Positions 1 through 9,994 are shown, counted from the first letter of the stretch. The stretch: DNA of 63,315 nt from Candidatus Bathyarchaeota archaeon (GCA_963833575.1 CAWHXY010000003.1:1-63315), one strand, 5' to 3'. Notes: generated by a model not told the origin, from the sequence alone. Numbers and translations: made by a program.

Positions 1-1
1 C

Positions 2-1099
2 CATATTGTTGGAATGACAGGAGATGGGGTTAACGATGCGCCTGCTTTGAAGAAAGCTAACGCCGGCATTGCCGTTGAGGGCGCCACTGACGCTGCAAAG
101 TCCGCAGCAGCCATAGTTCTGACTAAGCCGGGTCTCTCTGTTATTATCGATGCGATTAAGGAAAGCCGCAAGATTTTCCAGCGCATGACGAATTACTGTA
201 CGTACCGCATCGCTGAAACCATACGGGTACTGCTTTTCATGACCGCGTCAATCGTCATTTTCAATTTTTTCCCTGTCACTGCCTTGATGCTTGTTTTGTT
301 GGCGCTTCTAAATGATCTGCCAATCATGACGATAGCTTATGACAACGTGAAATATTCGGATAAACCTGAGAAATGGGACATGCGGTCTTTGTTGGGAATA
401 GCGACGTTTCTTGGAGTAATCGGGATATTCTCTTCTTTCGGAATGCTCTATTTCGGATTAGTTGTACTGAAGTTAAACCCACTCGTGCTCCAATCGCTTA
501 TATACCTAAAGCTTTCAGTTGCTGGGCATTTAACTGTGTTTGTTGCGAGGACTAAGGGTCACTTTTGGTCGGTGAAACCGGCAAAGCCCCTTCTCTTTGC
601 AATCATTGCTACTCAACTTACTGCTACAATAATTACAGTTTACGGTATTCTGCTTCCCGCCATGGGCTGGGGACTAGCCGCTCTTGTGTGGGGATATGCA
701 CTTGCACTTTTCTTAATAACCGATTTTGCAAAAGTGCGTCTATACAAGCTACTGAATCCAACGGGCGAAGGCACCAAAAAAGGGAAAAACCTAAACTTAC
801 TCAACAACGTCCCCCTCGAAAATGGTTTTCAGTTTTTCACAGAACTCGGAAAAAACACGGGAATAACTGCGAATAGCACTGTTGAATTCGCCGAAAAACT
901 CCAAACAGTACCCATTCAATCTGTCACGTTTCATTTTCAGCATAAAGATTTTCAAAAATGGCTCAAAAATACTGTTGGCGATGAAGAACTAGCTAAAAGA
1001 ATTGACCACATTAAAGCGGGAACGCAAGATGAAAACTTGCGGAAAGATCTTTCCAAAACCGTTCAAAACCGCATTGCCGAATTACAACAGCATCCGTAA
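2..1099 (+). CDS. P-type (P3A) plasma-membrane H+-ATPase, 5'-truncated by the window edge, with an extra C-terminal soluble domain (DUF5752-like)
   Basis: MTGDGVNDAPALKKA hinge motif, SRKIFQRM..Y..YRI and LNDLPIMTIAYD typical of P3A ATPases; about 100 extra C-terminal aa (FQFF..LGKNTG...FHFQHKDFQKWL...GDEELA). Confidence 0.92.
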   Translation, partial: HIVGMTGDGVNDAPALKKANAGIAVEGATDAAKSAAAIVLTKPGLSVIIDAIKESRKIFQRMTNYCTYRIAETIRVLLFMTASIVIFNFFPVTALMLVLLALLNDLPIMTIAYDNVKYSDKPEKWDMRSLLGIATFLGVIGIFSSFGMLYFGLVVLKLNPLVLQSLIYLKLSVAGHLTVFVARTKGHFWSVKPAKPLLFAIIATQLTATIITVYGILLPAMGWGLAALVWGYALALFLITDFAKVRLYKLLNPTGEGTKKGKNLNLLNNVPLENGFQFFTELGKNTGITANSTVEFAEKLQTVPIQSVTFHFQHKDFQKWLKNTVGDEELAKRIDHIKAGTQDENLRKDLSKTVQNRIAELQQHP

Positions 1100-1152
1100 A
1101 CATTTTCTTAACGAATGACTACTTAATCATTCGGTGGCGCGCACTTAGCATA

Positions 1153-1437
1153 TTAAGTTTCTTTTGAGAGCTTTTTCACTAATTCAGGTTCTTCCTTCGT
1201 GAGCTCGTATTCGCGGTACACGTTGCGACCAGTCTCTTTGGTTTTTCCTTTCAATAAGTGGGCTCGTTCTAGCACGTCCAAATCTACCACATTTATGTTC
1301 AGATCGCCCTGTTGTGTTCCTTCAGACGAAACCAACACATCAAATGGCTGAACTTTTGCCACCCTGAGCAGAAGAGATTTGTAACGGTTCATCCCTTCCT
1401 TAAACGCTAGCGCGCGCCGATGATGAGCCTCGGTCAT
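1153..1437 (-). CDS. small hypothetical protein, possibly winged-helix
   Basis: 94-aa ORF; LDVLERAHLL...YELTKE resembles a wHTH wing. Confidence 0.45.
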   Translation of the reverse strand: MTEAHHRRALAFKEGMNRYKSLLLRVAKVQPFDVLVSSEGTQQGDLNINVVDLDVLERAHLLKGKTKETGRNVYREYELTKEEPELVKKLSKET

Positions 1438-1546
1438 TGTTAGCCAATAAACTGTACTTCCCTTGCATTTGCTGAGTATATTCTAATTCTCTAAAAGTTT
1501 ATTAGAGTTTTTGCAGTTTTGTTTCCATTAGTAGGATGTGTGATTT

Positions 1547-1945
1547 TTGGTTAGTATACCTAAAGAAGTAATGGATGTTTTAAGTGCAAGTGATTCAGCG
1601 AAAATGATAGCAACTATAGACGCTAAAGGCATTCCAAACGTAGTTCCATTATGGTTTGTAGTAGTAGACCCCGAAACTATTGCGTTCGCAGAAGTTTTCA
1701 TCAAGAGAACAAAAGAAAACCTTGAAAAAAACAAGCAAGTTGCTCTTGCAGTGTTCAAAGGACCAATGACAGGCTACCAACTGAAGGGAACATTCAGTGG
1801 TTTCCAAACAAACGGACCAATTTTCGATAACTTCGCAAAGAAGAGTATGGAAACCATGAAAATGAAAATAAAAAGTGTTGGAATAATAAAAGTCACTGAA
1901 GTCTTCTCTGCTTCGCCAGGACAAGGTAGCAAAAAGTTAGCATAG
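1547..1945 (+). CDS. pyridoxamine 5'-phosphate oxidase-like FMN-binding split-barrel protein
   Basis: IATIDAKGIPNVVP, RTKENLEKNKQVAL and GYQLKG motifs; T-rich terminator follows. Confidence 0.85.
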   Translation: MVSIPKEVMDVLSASDSAKMIATIDAKGIPNVVPLWFVVVDPETIAFAEVFIKRTKENLEKNKQVALAVFKGPMTGYQLKGTFSGFQTNGPIFDNFAKKSMETMKMKIKSVGIIKVTEVFSASPGQGSKKLA

Positions 1946-2351
1946 ATTCAATCACCTTGCCTTTTTTTCTTTTCAACTATGGCGAGTGTTAACAAGCAAG
2001 TGTCTCCCACTAAATCTATGCTTTACCGAGAATAATACTTTTTTTACTTCAAGCGGACGCTGCGGTGTTATGAATTTTATCTATTCGGTTAATATATCAT
2101 TTATTTGGTTAGTAGAATAGAAGGCTTGCTTGTGAACTCTGAAGAGCCAAAAAACCCCTCTGAACAAGGGGAATTTTCAGCATTCCAACCTTATTACTTT
2201 CGCAAGCATCTTTAACCTTTGTGCCTATTAGATTAGGATTAAGGGTTGCTTTATCAAAAACATCATTCGCTTTCTTGAGATTTTCTATAGCCCATATACA
2301 TTGTTGAAGTTTCATCAAAGAAATAGTTATTTTTGCTGGCAAGTAGGCAAC

Positions 2352-3050
2352 TCATTCACCCATCATGAATAACGCTATTTCAATATCAGCTGCTTTTAAT
2401 TTAAGCCCCTTTGAAAAAAAATACTCTCTAATAATCTCAACTACCCAGATGAGCCTTTCATAGTTTAACGCCCACTCATTTTTTGAGGCATAATCAAAAT
2501 CTCTCTTAAACCCCTGATCTGGAGGACATTTTATCAATTTTTTGCTATCTATCTTAAGGTCTTTTAATGCATTTCCAACTCTGCTATCGTATATACAGAG
2601 ATTCACTTGGTCTGATAAACCAATCACCTTTGTGGCGCGAGCAATGGCTACACCTGAAATCTGCATTAACCTTTTGGCTGCTTCAACGTAGTCTTTCTTA
2701 TCGACATATCCAAAGACTTCACGGGTAATTTCCAAAGCTTCCTCATTATCACTAAGAGGAAAATCACGGCCAAATCCCCACCGAGTGATTCTATTCAGAG
2801 TACCCAAATCAACTCCATTATTATTAGCTTCCCTCGATTTTTTAATTGCATATTCAAGCACATTACGTCTGTTGACTGAATTTAGATAGCTCTCCCCTTT
2901 CCACGAATATTTTTTGTCAGTTAGTATTTGAAAAATCTCTGCTTCATTGTTTCTTATCCAATCTATCACATAAGGCTTGAATTGACTGATGAATTCCTCT
3001 TTTTCAATTCTGCCAGAAAGCAACCAAGCCTTATTATCAATATAGGGCAT
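2352..3050 (-). CDS. hypothetical protein with helix-hairpin-helix-like motif (DNA glycosylase-like)
   Basis: LMQISGVAIARATKV, IYDSRV, AADIEIALF; ATG at 3050 (ORF extends to 3077). Confidence 0.55.
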   Translation of the reverse strand: MPYIDNKAWLLSGRIEKEEFISQFKPYVIDWIRNNEAEIFQILTDKKYSWKGESYLNSVNRRNVLEYAIKKSREANNNGVDLGTLNRITRWGFGRDFPLSDNEEALEITREVFGYVDKKDYVEAAKRLMQISGVAIARATKVIGLSDQVNLCIYDSRVGNALKDLKIDSKKLIKCPPDQGFKRDFDYASKNEWALNYERLIWVVEIIREYFFSKGLKLKAADIEIALFMMGE

Positions 3051-3256
3051 TTTTTTTCTTTCCCTCGATAAGCTCACTTATCTTACTTTGCGATCTTAGT
3101 ATTATAGTTATAAAGACTATGCAGCACGCGCAACAATAGAGCAACGACAGGCGGATAGTAGATCCGCGAAGAACCCCAAGCCGAACCGCGCCATCACGCT
3201 TAATTTCGTAAATCTTTATAACACAACAGGGTATGCATACAAAGAGGAAGATTGGA

Positions 3257-4012
3257 CTGTTTAAGCTCAAAGTAGCTGACTCAAAATTCTTAAGAGAAAT
3301 GGCCACAGCCATCTCAATACTCGTAGATGAAGCTACCTTCAAAATTGAACCCGACGGCTTGAAACTTCGGGCTATGGATCCCTCCCGCGTTGCCATGATC
3401 GATTTTGAATTGCCTAAAACAATCTTCGAAGAATACGTTTGCAGTGAACCCATTAAAATAGGCATGAAAATAAACGAACTGCTGAAATTGCTGAAGAGAG
3501 CCGGGAAAGACGAAGCAGTGGAGTTGTTGCTTGATGATAAGACTGGACGTTTGCAGGTTAAGATAACAGGAAAGTACAACCGAGACTTCACCATGCCCAC
3601 GATGTTAGCCTCGGAGGAAGAAGTGCCAACTCCAAAGATAACCTTCAACGTAAAAGCTAAGATTACAACGCACGGTTTGAGCGAAGCAATTGAAGATGCT
3701 GGACTAGTCAGTGACCATGTTAGATTTGAAGCGGACCCGGAAAAGCTGGTTTTGAACGCTATGGGCGACCTCATGGGTGCAACGATAACTCTGCAGAAGG
3801 GAAATGATGCTCTTTTGGATTTGGAGGTAAAAGAAGCCTCAAAGGCAACTTTTAGCCTAAGTTACCTGTCTGAAATCATGAAAGCGGCTTCAGCCACATC
3901 CGACATCGCCACATTAGAGTTCTCAACCGACATGCCTGTGCTCATCGATTTTCAACAGACGAAAGGAGGAAAACTAACTTTCTTCCTGGCGCCAAGAATC
4001 GAAACGGAATAG
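3257..4012 (+). CDS. pcn: DNA polymerase sliding clamp PCNA
   Basis: RAMDPSRVAM, FSLSYL, FFLAPRIE; ORF open from ATG 3233, but GAGGA at 3244 and the MFKL-type N-terminus favour CTG 3257. Confidence 0.96.
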   Translation: MFKLKVADSKFLREMATAISILVDEATFKIEPDGLKLRAMDPSRVAMIDFELPKTIFEEYVCSEPIKIGMKINELLKLLKRAGKDEAVELLLDDKTGRLQVKITGKYNRDFTMPTMLASEEEVPTPKITFNVKAKITTHGLSEAIEDAGLVSDHVRFEADPEKLVLNAMGDLMGATITLQKGNDALLDLEVKEASKATFSLSYLSEIMKAASATSDIATLEFSTDMPVLIDFQQTKGGKLTFFLAPRIETE

Positions 4013-4022
4013 AAACGGAATA
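4001..4022 (+). repeat. 11-bp tandem duplication GAAACGGAATA x2 across the PCNA stop codon
   Basis: read directly at 4001-4011 and 4012-4022. Confidence 0.85.
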
Positions 4023-4059
4023 ATGAACATTAGGAGATGATTCAGTTAGCAACGATGAG

Positions 4060-4235
4060 TGACGAGCTCATCCAAAATGGCATCCTTTGGATTTCCAATA
4101 AGCCCTAGTGCGATTGAAAGTCGCTGCTTTTGACCTCCGGATAGTTGTTTGAATTGGGCGTCACGTTTTTCAGTGATTCCAAGCGACTCGAGTAAACCAT
4201 GTGAATCAACAGGATCTGGATAGAATCCCCAAGAT
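4060..4235 (-). pseudogene. ABC transporter ATP-binding subunit fragment
   Basis: minus-strand translation LLESLGITEKRDAQFKQLSGGQKQRLSIALGLIGNPKDAILDEL (signature + Walker B); no Walker A, no intact ORF. Confidence 0.8.
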
Positions 4236-4533
4236 GACTACCGATAAAACAAGGAGAGTAAGGGCAGGTGCAATTTCCTGCCAACCCAGATACTTAGCTT
4301 TCATTTTTTGCCTTTCAGTCTTTGTCGCTAGCTCTTACTTTTGAGACACACACAAAGAAGCCAACGCTTAGAAAAATAGTCTGCTCAAGCAGACCGGTTT
4401 CTTTTAATTGGTAAAAAGCAGTTGCAGAACTTATGACCAAAAGGATCGCAAACAAAGCAGTAATAGTTGCTGGTTTAATGTTTGCAGCATTCAGTAAAAA
4501 GAGTGGAGCAAATTCAGATTGTATTAGAGTGTC

Positions 4534-4848
4534 CTATGTTTTTTTAAGTATTACTGCAATGAGTCCAATTAGTCCTCCGAGGATAACTAACAATCCGCCA
4601 AGTCCTCCGCCTATGATTCCAACGATTATGAGTACAATTGCCCAAACAATAGTAGTTACGCTTCTTGAGCCAATGATTGCTATTATGCCACAGATTACAG
4701 CTACAATTCCGAAGTAAGCAAAGCTAAATGATATAAACGGTCCAAAATAGCTGACAGCATATCCGATAAGTGATAGCAATCCGAAGATTACCAGCAGTAT
4801 TCCTCCAATTAGAGCTAAGTAGTAGGCTACGCGAGAAATTTCCGACAT
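4534..4848 (-). CDS. small Gly-rich multi-pass membrane protein
   Basis: hydrophobic helices, GGGLGG; GGAGGTG upstream of ATG 4848. Confidence 0.75.
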   Translation of the reverse strand: MSEISRVAYYLALIGGILLVIFGLLSLIGYAVSYFGPFISFSFAYFGIVAVICGIIAIIGSRSVTTIVWAIVLIIVGIIGGGLGGLLVILGGLIGLIAVILKKT

Positions 4849-4914
4849 ATTCAAATTCACCTCCCTTATGGAAAAGAACACAATAAGAAAAGAGTTTTTG
4901 AGCTCGCTTGGTTT

Positions 4915-5157
4915 TTAATTTTTTCGATTAGCTGCTAAACCGTAAATTGTCACGGCCAAACCGAGGATTGCCACGATGACTCCGCCAGCTGCCATAAACT
5001 TGTCTTGAGAAACCTTATTTCGAACCGCCTGGGAAAGAGCCTGCGATATTTGACCAAACAAACCGCCGTACTGCTGCAAATCGGAATAACCAACCCAGAA
5101 AACCACAACCCCGATAACCAACAGGAAAACTCCAACCGCCAATGCTCCAGCTCTCAT
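4915..5157 (-). CDS. small two-helix membrane protein
   Basis: 80-aa ORF, two hydrophobic segments, GAGG upstream. Confidence 0.7.
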   Translation of the reverse strand: MRAGALAVGVFLLVIGVVVFWVGYSDLQQYGGLFGQISQALSQAVRNKVSQDKFMAAGGVIVAILGLAVTIYGLAANRKN

Positions 5158-5199
5158 TTTCTCAACCTCGCACTCAAATCTTCATTAAACTTATACATG

Positions 5200-5358
5200 T
5201 TATATTCTACGTCCAGAAACTAGTCGAACTACTATTATGATAATGGCAACGACTAAAAGTAGCCATATAATTGCGCCAAGATTGAAGAAGACAAAGCCAA
5301 GGAGCCAAAGTACGATAAGAATTACTGCAACTACAAAAAGCAAATCAAGTAAACCCAT
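5200..5358 (-). CDS. 52-aa membrane protein (lmo0937/DUF5670-like), below the ORF-track cutoff
   Basis: MGLLDLLFVVAVILIVLWLLGFVFFNLGAIIWLLLVVAIIIIVVRLVSGRRI. Confidence 0.75.
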   Translation of the reverse strand: MGLLDLLFVVAVILIVLWLLGFVFFNLGAIIWLLLVVAIIIIVVRLVSGRRI

Positions 5359-5793
5359 CTTCTAAAACCCTACTTAGCCTTAAGTTGGAACCTTTATTTT
5401 AAGATATGTGACTGCAAATAGACAGTTACGCTTCATTATCTTGTCCATTTAGTCTTTTTAATGCGTATGTATTTGGGTTTTTGAATTATTTTTAGGTTCA
5501 GTTTCCTTTAAACGTCAGGATACCACTTTATTTATAATGTATCCTATTGCAGTAAACCTCAGAGATTTACAGACATCATTCAAGACCTGAAACTTAATCC
5601 TGCGTCTTTTAAGTTTCATTTAGGCGTTTTAACTGAAGATGAGTTACTTTGCAGAGTGGAAAGAGGGGTTTGTCAAACAACTGAATTAGGAAAACTTTCT
5701 TGTTAACCTTGTAGATGTTGCAAACAAAATTAAAGATGATAACTAAAAATCCCTTGAGTGCAAGCGATGCAAAAAACTTAAAACCCCATAGCG

Positions 5794-6036
5794 TTGATAG
5801 AAGAACTGAGGAAAAAGCGCGTGGAATACTTAACAATTTTTAGACCGTATAAACTTCGAGAACTTACAGGGACGGCAAAAAGCGAAAAAGAAGGCGGTTA
5901 CTTCGATGAAGCAGAGGCTAAAAATTGGGATGACGCACTTAACAAATACGCAAAGGATGGATGGAGAGTAATCAATTGTGGAACTATTGTATTTGGTGAA
6001 GATGTAATATTCTGGGCTATGTTAGAAAAGACATAA
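5794..6036 (+). CDS. small DUF4177-like protein
   Basis: ALNKYAKDGWRVI motif; T-tract after the stop. Confidence 0.6.
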   Translation: MIEELRKKRVEYLTIFRPYKLRELTGTAKSEKEGGYFDEAEAKNWDDALNKYAKDGWRVINCGTIVFGEDVIFWAMLEKT

Positions 6037-6116
6037 ACACTAGCCCTTTTGTTTTTTTGACTTCTAAGATGAGTCAAGCAAAATTCTAAATCTGTATTGC
6101 TACAGAAAAGTGAAAC

Positions 6117-6281
6117 ATGGCAAAACAGAAAAAAATCTTAAGGAAAGTTTTGAAGCAAGATAAGATACCAGAATTTGTTAGGAGTGTGCAAAAAATGAAA
6201 GACTCAGTTCTTGGAATATCGGCTGTCGCTACTTCTATTCTTGTTCTTATAGTCTTGCTAGTTTTGGTGAAGGTGGAATAA
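6117..6281 (+). CDS. 54-aa hypothetical protein with C-terminal membrane anchor
   Basis: ATG 6117 to TAA 6281; basic N-terminus, hydrophobic C-terminus. Confidence 0.4.
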   Translation: MAKQKKILRKVLKQDKIPEFVRSVQKMKDSVLGISAVATSILVLIVLLVLVKVE

Positions 6282-6457
6282 CTAAGGTTACGGATTGGTC
6301 GATTAATCCCAACAGCTACCCATATTATTCATCGTATTCAGCTCATACCAAAGGTCCACACTATTTCTTTCCTTATGCAGACCTTTCCACATACATAGTT
6401 ATCCCATATGCAAAATACGCTGAAACCTTTACCATTTATGATTCAATCATGTCATGT

Positions 6458-6652
6458 TTACTTTGGCTTTATAGCTAGCTTAACGTTGACCTCAACGATA
6501 TATTCTTTTTCAAGTTTTCCAACAGTAAAGTTCCATTCCTTGACATCTACATCCATATCTTTAAAATGGCTCAAGAGGGATTCTCTGTATTCGTTGACTG
6601 TTTTACCTATTTGCTGCAACCGCTCAGTCACGTCAATATGTTTCTCAGACAT
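6458..6652 (-). CDS. small hypothetical protein
   Basis: 64-aa ORF with GGAGGTG Shine-Dalgarno. Confidence 0.7.
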   Translation of the reverse strand: MSEKHIDVTERLQQIGKTVNEYRESLLSHFKDMDVDVKEWNFTVGKLEKEYIVEVNVKLAIKPK

Positions 6653-6767
6653 TCAATTACACCTCCCAAAACGTTATAACAACGTTAGTGTGATTCTGCG
6701 CACAGTTCTTAAAGTTGTGTGACTGTGAATTGACAGCAACTAAACCTTAAGAGTGCACAATTCCAAT

Positions 6768-7115
6768 TTACTTCGTCGCAGATTTCTTAGAAGATTTGAA
6801 TTGATTCATTATGATGATGACGAGCACCAAAATGAGCAGCCCGCCAATGACGGCTGAGGTGATGCCTGTGATGTACCAAGCTTCCCACGCGGGCATGGTA
6901 GTCATGAGGTATTTCAGTGACCCGATGAGAATAAAGAGGGAAGCAGATCCTATGAATGAAATTACCAGGGAAACCAGTATGCTAATAATTATGCTTGTGA
7001 TGAGAAGTTTTTTGAGGCGTTTCTTAAGAGCAGCCTCCTCTTCATGTACATATTCTTTTATAACGGTTTTTATCTCATTGAAGAAAGCTTCAATAATTTC
7101 CTTTATTGTGGGCAC
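6768..7115 (-). CDS. holin-X-like two-TM membrane protein
   Basis: charged helix followed by two TM helices (MPAWEAWYITG); start abuts the truncated corrinoid gene. Confidence 0.65.
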   Translation of the reverse strand: MPTIKEIIEAFFNEIKTVIKEYVHEEEAALKKRLKKLLITSIIISILVSLVISFIGSASLFILIGSLKYLMTTMPAWEAWYITGITSAVIGGLLILVLVIIIMNQFKSSKKSATK

Positions 7116-7500
7116 AATTGAAGGCGATGTCCACGATATTGGGAGACAAATAATTGCAACTATGTGGGCTGCAGCCGGCTACGAAGTTATTGACCTAGGC
7201 TATGATATTCCTCCCAAAGTCTTCGCTCTGAAAGCCAAGATGAAGAAAGCCGACATAATCGGTATTAGCTGTTCAATGGGCATGGCAAGAGTCGGAATAG
7301 GAACAACAGTTGAAGAATGTGAGAAAGCCGGAATCAGAAACAAAGTAAAAATAATAGATGGCGGCCAAGCCGCTTCTTACGGCGACGTTGAGACATACAA
7401 AATTGATGCGTTTGGTGCTCAAACAGAAGATGCTCTCAAAAAAGCAAGTGAATTAATGCGAATACTCAAAGAACAAAAAGCCCAACGAGGAGGTGACTAA
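7108..7500 (+). pseudogene. corrinoid (B12-binding) protein, N-terminal cap domain missing
   Basis: GTIEGDVHDIG (DxHxxG), ISCSM and DGGQA start abruptly at 7111; upstream in-frame codons are the antisense of the 6768..7115 gene. Confidence 0.85.
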
Positions 7501-7502
7501 GA

Positions 7503-8768
7503 TTGAAAGACGTTATTCAATGGGACGCTAAAGAAGTAAATGGTGATTACCCAAAAACTTGGGGGGCAAAAAACCTTACAGTTGAATTTAACGAACACGA
7601 AGAACTAATTATAGAAAAAGCTCGGCTAAAAGTCTTAGATAGAATCAAGAAAGAAAAATATAACCCGCGAGAACTCGTTGCTAAAAACTATTACACTAAT
7701 GAAGTTGTAGACCATATTCCAACTTGTCTCAGCGTTACTCAAAATCACATTGGGAGAATGCTTGATGGTTATGGAACAACGCCACCAGTAATTTCGCAGA
7801 AAGACGTAGTGAATTATCCCCAGTTAATGTGGCTGGCGGAAGTAATGTGGTATGCTAGATTCCACGTAGACTCCTTATATTCTTCACCCGTAACTTTTGG
7901 TGAAGACCTCTTAAGCAAAAAATTCCGATTCGTAGAACATGGTCCGCCATTACAAGTTGAACCCTTTGCCAAGACTAAGGAAGACCTCGAATTCTATCTT
8001 GATAACGTACCTGACCCAGCAAAACAAGGACTATTCCCTGTTAACATGTGGGTAACTAAAATGAGGATCAAACATTTAGGAGATCAATATCCTGTTTGGG
8101 GTTCATGCTGTCCTGGCCAAATTAGTTCAGCTGGTTTCTTGCTGGGCATCAAAGAATTTTTGATTGCGGTACGACAAGATCAGGAGCTGGCAAAGTTAGC
8201 ATTCCAATGCGCTACTGCAGTTCTTCACCGGAGAATCGACGTTATGCTACCCATACTAGGTGAGCAGTTGGATGAAAACGGTAATGGTAACATTGTTTGG
8301 TGGTGTGATGGCGCAGGCGGTTACATGACTGTTGATGAATTTACGAAGAACTTCGATGACCATTATGGTGCGAGCATAAGATACACTACTGACAAAGGCT
8401 GGAAACCATTCACTGCGTTAGGCGGTCCAAGAGGAACTCTTGAAGCAGTAGGTTCATGCATGCAAGAAAACGGTGGCGGTGGTGTGATGTTTGCTGAAGC
8501 AGCCGGTGCCATTGAACAAGGCTTTGATGTGCTCAACAAGTTTTCAGATGTTGTGCTAATGACTTATCCGGCGACAAGAACAATACTTAATGGCTCAGAA
8601 GATGACATACGAAAAGAACTTATGAGAATAGTCAACAGCGCTAAAGCTACGACAAAAGGACAACGTGTTAGCATCCACAACAATTATGACGTGCAAACTC
8701 CAATTGAAAAGATTGATCTAACGTTACGGTTAGAAAAAGAATTATTCAAACTGCCCCTAGGTGCATAA
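7503..8768 (+). CDS. UroD/MtaA-fold corrinoid-dependent methyltransferase, clade A
   Basis: coupled to a corrinoid gene; PDP..QG.FP, GSCCPG..SSAGFLLGIKEFL and WWCDG fit the UroD/MtaA TIM barrel. Confidence 0.8.
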   Translation: MKDVIQWDAKEVNGDYPKTWGAKNLTVEFNEHEELIIEKARLKVLDRIKKEKYNPRELVAKNYYTNEVVDHIPTCLSVTQNHIGRMLDGYGTTPPVISQKDVVNYPQLMWLAEVMWYARFHVDSLYSSPVTFGEDLLSKKFRFVEHGPPLQVEPFAKTKEDLEFYLDNVPDPAKQGLFPVNMWVTKMRIKHLGDQYPVWGSCCPGQISSAGFLLGIKEFLIAVRQDQELAKLAFQCATAVLHRRIDVMLPILGEQLDENGNGNIVWWCDGAGGYMTVDEFTKNFDDHYGASIRYTTDKGWKPFTALGGPRGTLEAVGSCMQENGGGGVMFAEAAGAIEQGFDVLNKFSDVVLMTYPATRTILNGSEDDIRKELMRIVNSAKATTKGQRVSIHNNYDVQTPIEKIDLTLRLEKELFKLPLGA

Positions 8769-8835
8769 TCAATTCCGCACTCCTTTTTTTTAGGATAAAT
8801 TGCAAAATTTTCATTTAGAAAGAGAGTTGAATACA

Positions 8836-9285
8836 ATGACTAAAATATTTGGATTCGAGTTCAAACCTGAACTTTACTATAACGAGCACGTATGGACTAA
8901 AATTGAGGAAGACGGTAACGTCCGTGTAGGGTTCGATGATATCGTGGCTAAAGGCTCACATGAGATTTTCTTTGTTAAAATATCGTATGAGGGGACTGAA
9001 TTAAAACAGAAGAAGAAAATGGGCATGCTCGAATCACGGAAATACACGGGACCTATTGTTTCACCAGTTTCAGGTACTATAGTAGCTTTAAATGAGGAGG
9101 TGTCACGGCTCGGACCTAGTGCATTTAAGGATGACCCATATGGAAATGGTTGGTTAGCTATAATAAAGCCGTCAAACCTTGAAGCAGAACTTAAGAATCT
9201 GCTTTATGGTAGCCCAGCTCAAGATTGGTTTACAAAAGAAGCCGAAAAAGCAGAAGTCGAAGGCAAATTCGTTAAAACTGCATAA
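8836..9285 (+). CDS. GcvH/LbpA-like lipoyl carrier protein, clade A
   Basis: HVWTK..GNVRVGFDD, LESRKYTGPIVSPVSG (lipoyl Lys), DPYGNGW; ATG 8836. Confidence 0.92.
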   Translation: MTKIFGFEFKPELYYNEHVWTKIEEDGNVRVGFDDIVAKGSHEIFFVKISYEGTELKQKKKMGMLESRKYTGPIVSPVSGTIVALNEEVSRLGPSAFKDDPYGNGWLAIIKPSNLEAELKNLLYGSPAQDWFTKEAEKAEVEGKFVKTA

Positions 9286-9499
9286 TCAACAAACGCGGAC
9301 TCGTCTAAAATTCTGATGGCTTTTTTCTATAACTACACTCCAAAAAGTAGAAGAAAATATTTGCGCGCTACTTTGGAATCTACTCCGGGGAGATGCAGTT
9401 CGTTAATAGTCTAAAATGGACGCTGAAAAGTAAGATGAATTAATATTAGAAGAGTTAGCGGGCAAACTGCAGCCAAAAAATATAGTATCTGCGCGTATT

Positions 9500-9638
9500 G
9501 CATGTTTGGGCTAAAAAAGAGGCTGACGGAAATGTCCGTGTGGGTTTCGATGAAATCGTAGCTAGAGGCGCTGCAAAAATTTTCATGGTAAAGTTGATGC
9601 CAACTGGAATGGGTTTAATTGAGAAAAAGAAAGGCTGA
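9500..9638 (+). pseudogene. fragment of a clade-B GcvH-like gene
   Basis: HVWAKKEADGNVRVGFDEIVARGAAKIFMVKLMPTG closely matches 14073-14210; stops before the lipoyl Lys. Confidence 0.85.
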
Positions 9639-9760
9639 TTTTTCATTAATTATTTTTGATATGAATTAATTATGTACTAAAATGAATGACTTGCTTCTGA
9701 AAAGCAGAGGAAAAATGAGGATGCTTGCCTCGCGTGGTTTTAAGCGTTATGTGGGAGCGT

Positions 9761-9946
9761 TTAAATAAAATTTATGATTAGTGCTACTACGCCAACTATG
9801 CCTACAACTATACTCATTAGCGAGGTTGCTTTCATGATTTTCATGAAGAGCTGCATTTTTTTTGCGCCAACCTTTATAGCGGCAACGCTTGACAACAGAG
9901 TTATTGCGCTTATGGCCAGCATTATTGGGACAAGTTCTTGTAACAT
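9761..9946 (-). CDS. 61-aa two-TM membrane protein (copy 1)
   Basis: near-identical paralog at 14686..14871 with mostly synonymous changes. Confidence 0.85.
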   Translation of the reverse strand: MLQELVPIMLAISAITLLSSVAAIKVGAKKMQLFMKIMKATSLMSIVVGIVGVVALIINFI

Positions 9947-9994
9947 TTGTTTATTATCCTTCTTTCTATTTTGATTGTTGGATACGTTCCGCTT

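Noticed and set aside
2109-2342. 77-aa minus-strand ORF
   Set aside because: No motif or convincing start; possibly gene debris.
6811-7107. Met-rich N-terminal extension of the 229-aa corrinoid ORF
   Set aside because: It is the antisense reading of the 6768..7115 membrane gene; corrinoid similarity starts only at 7111.
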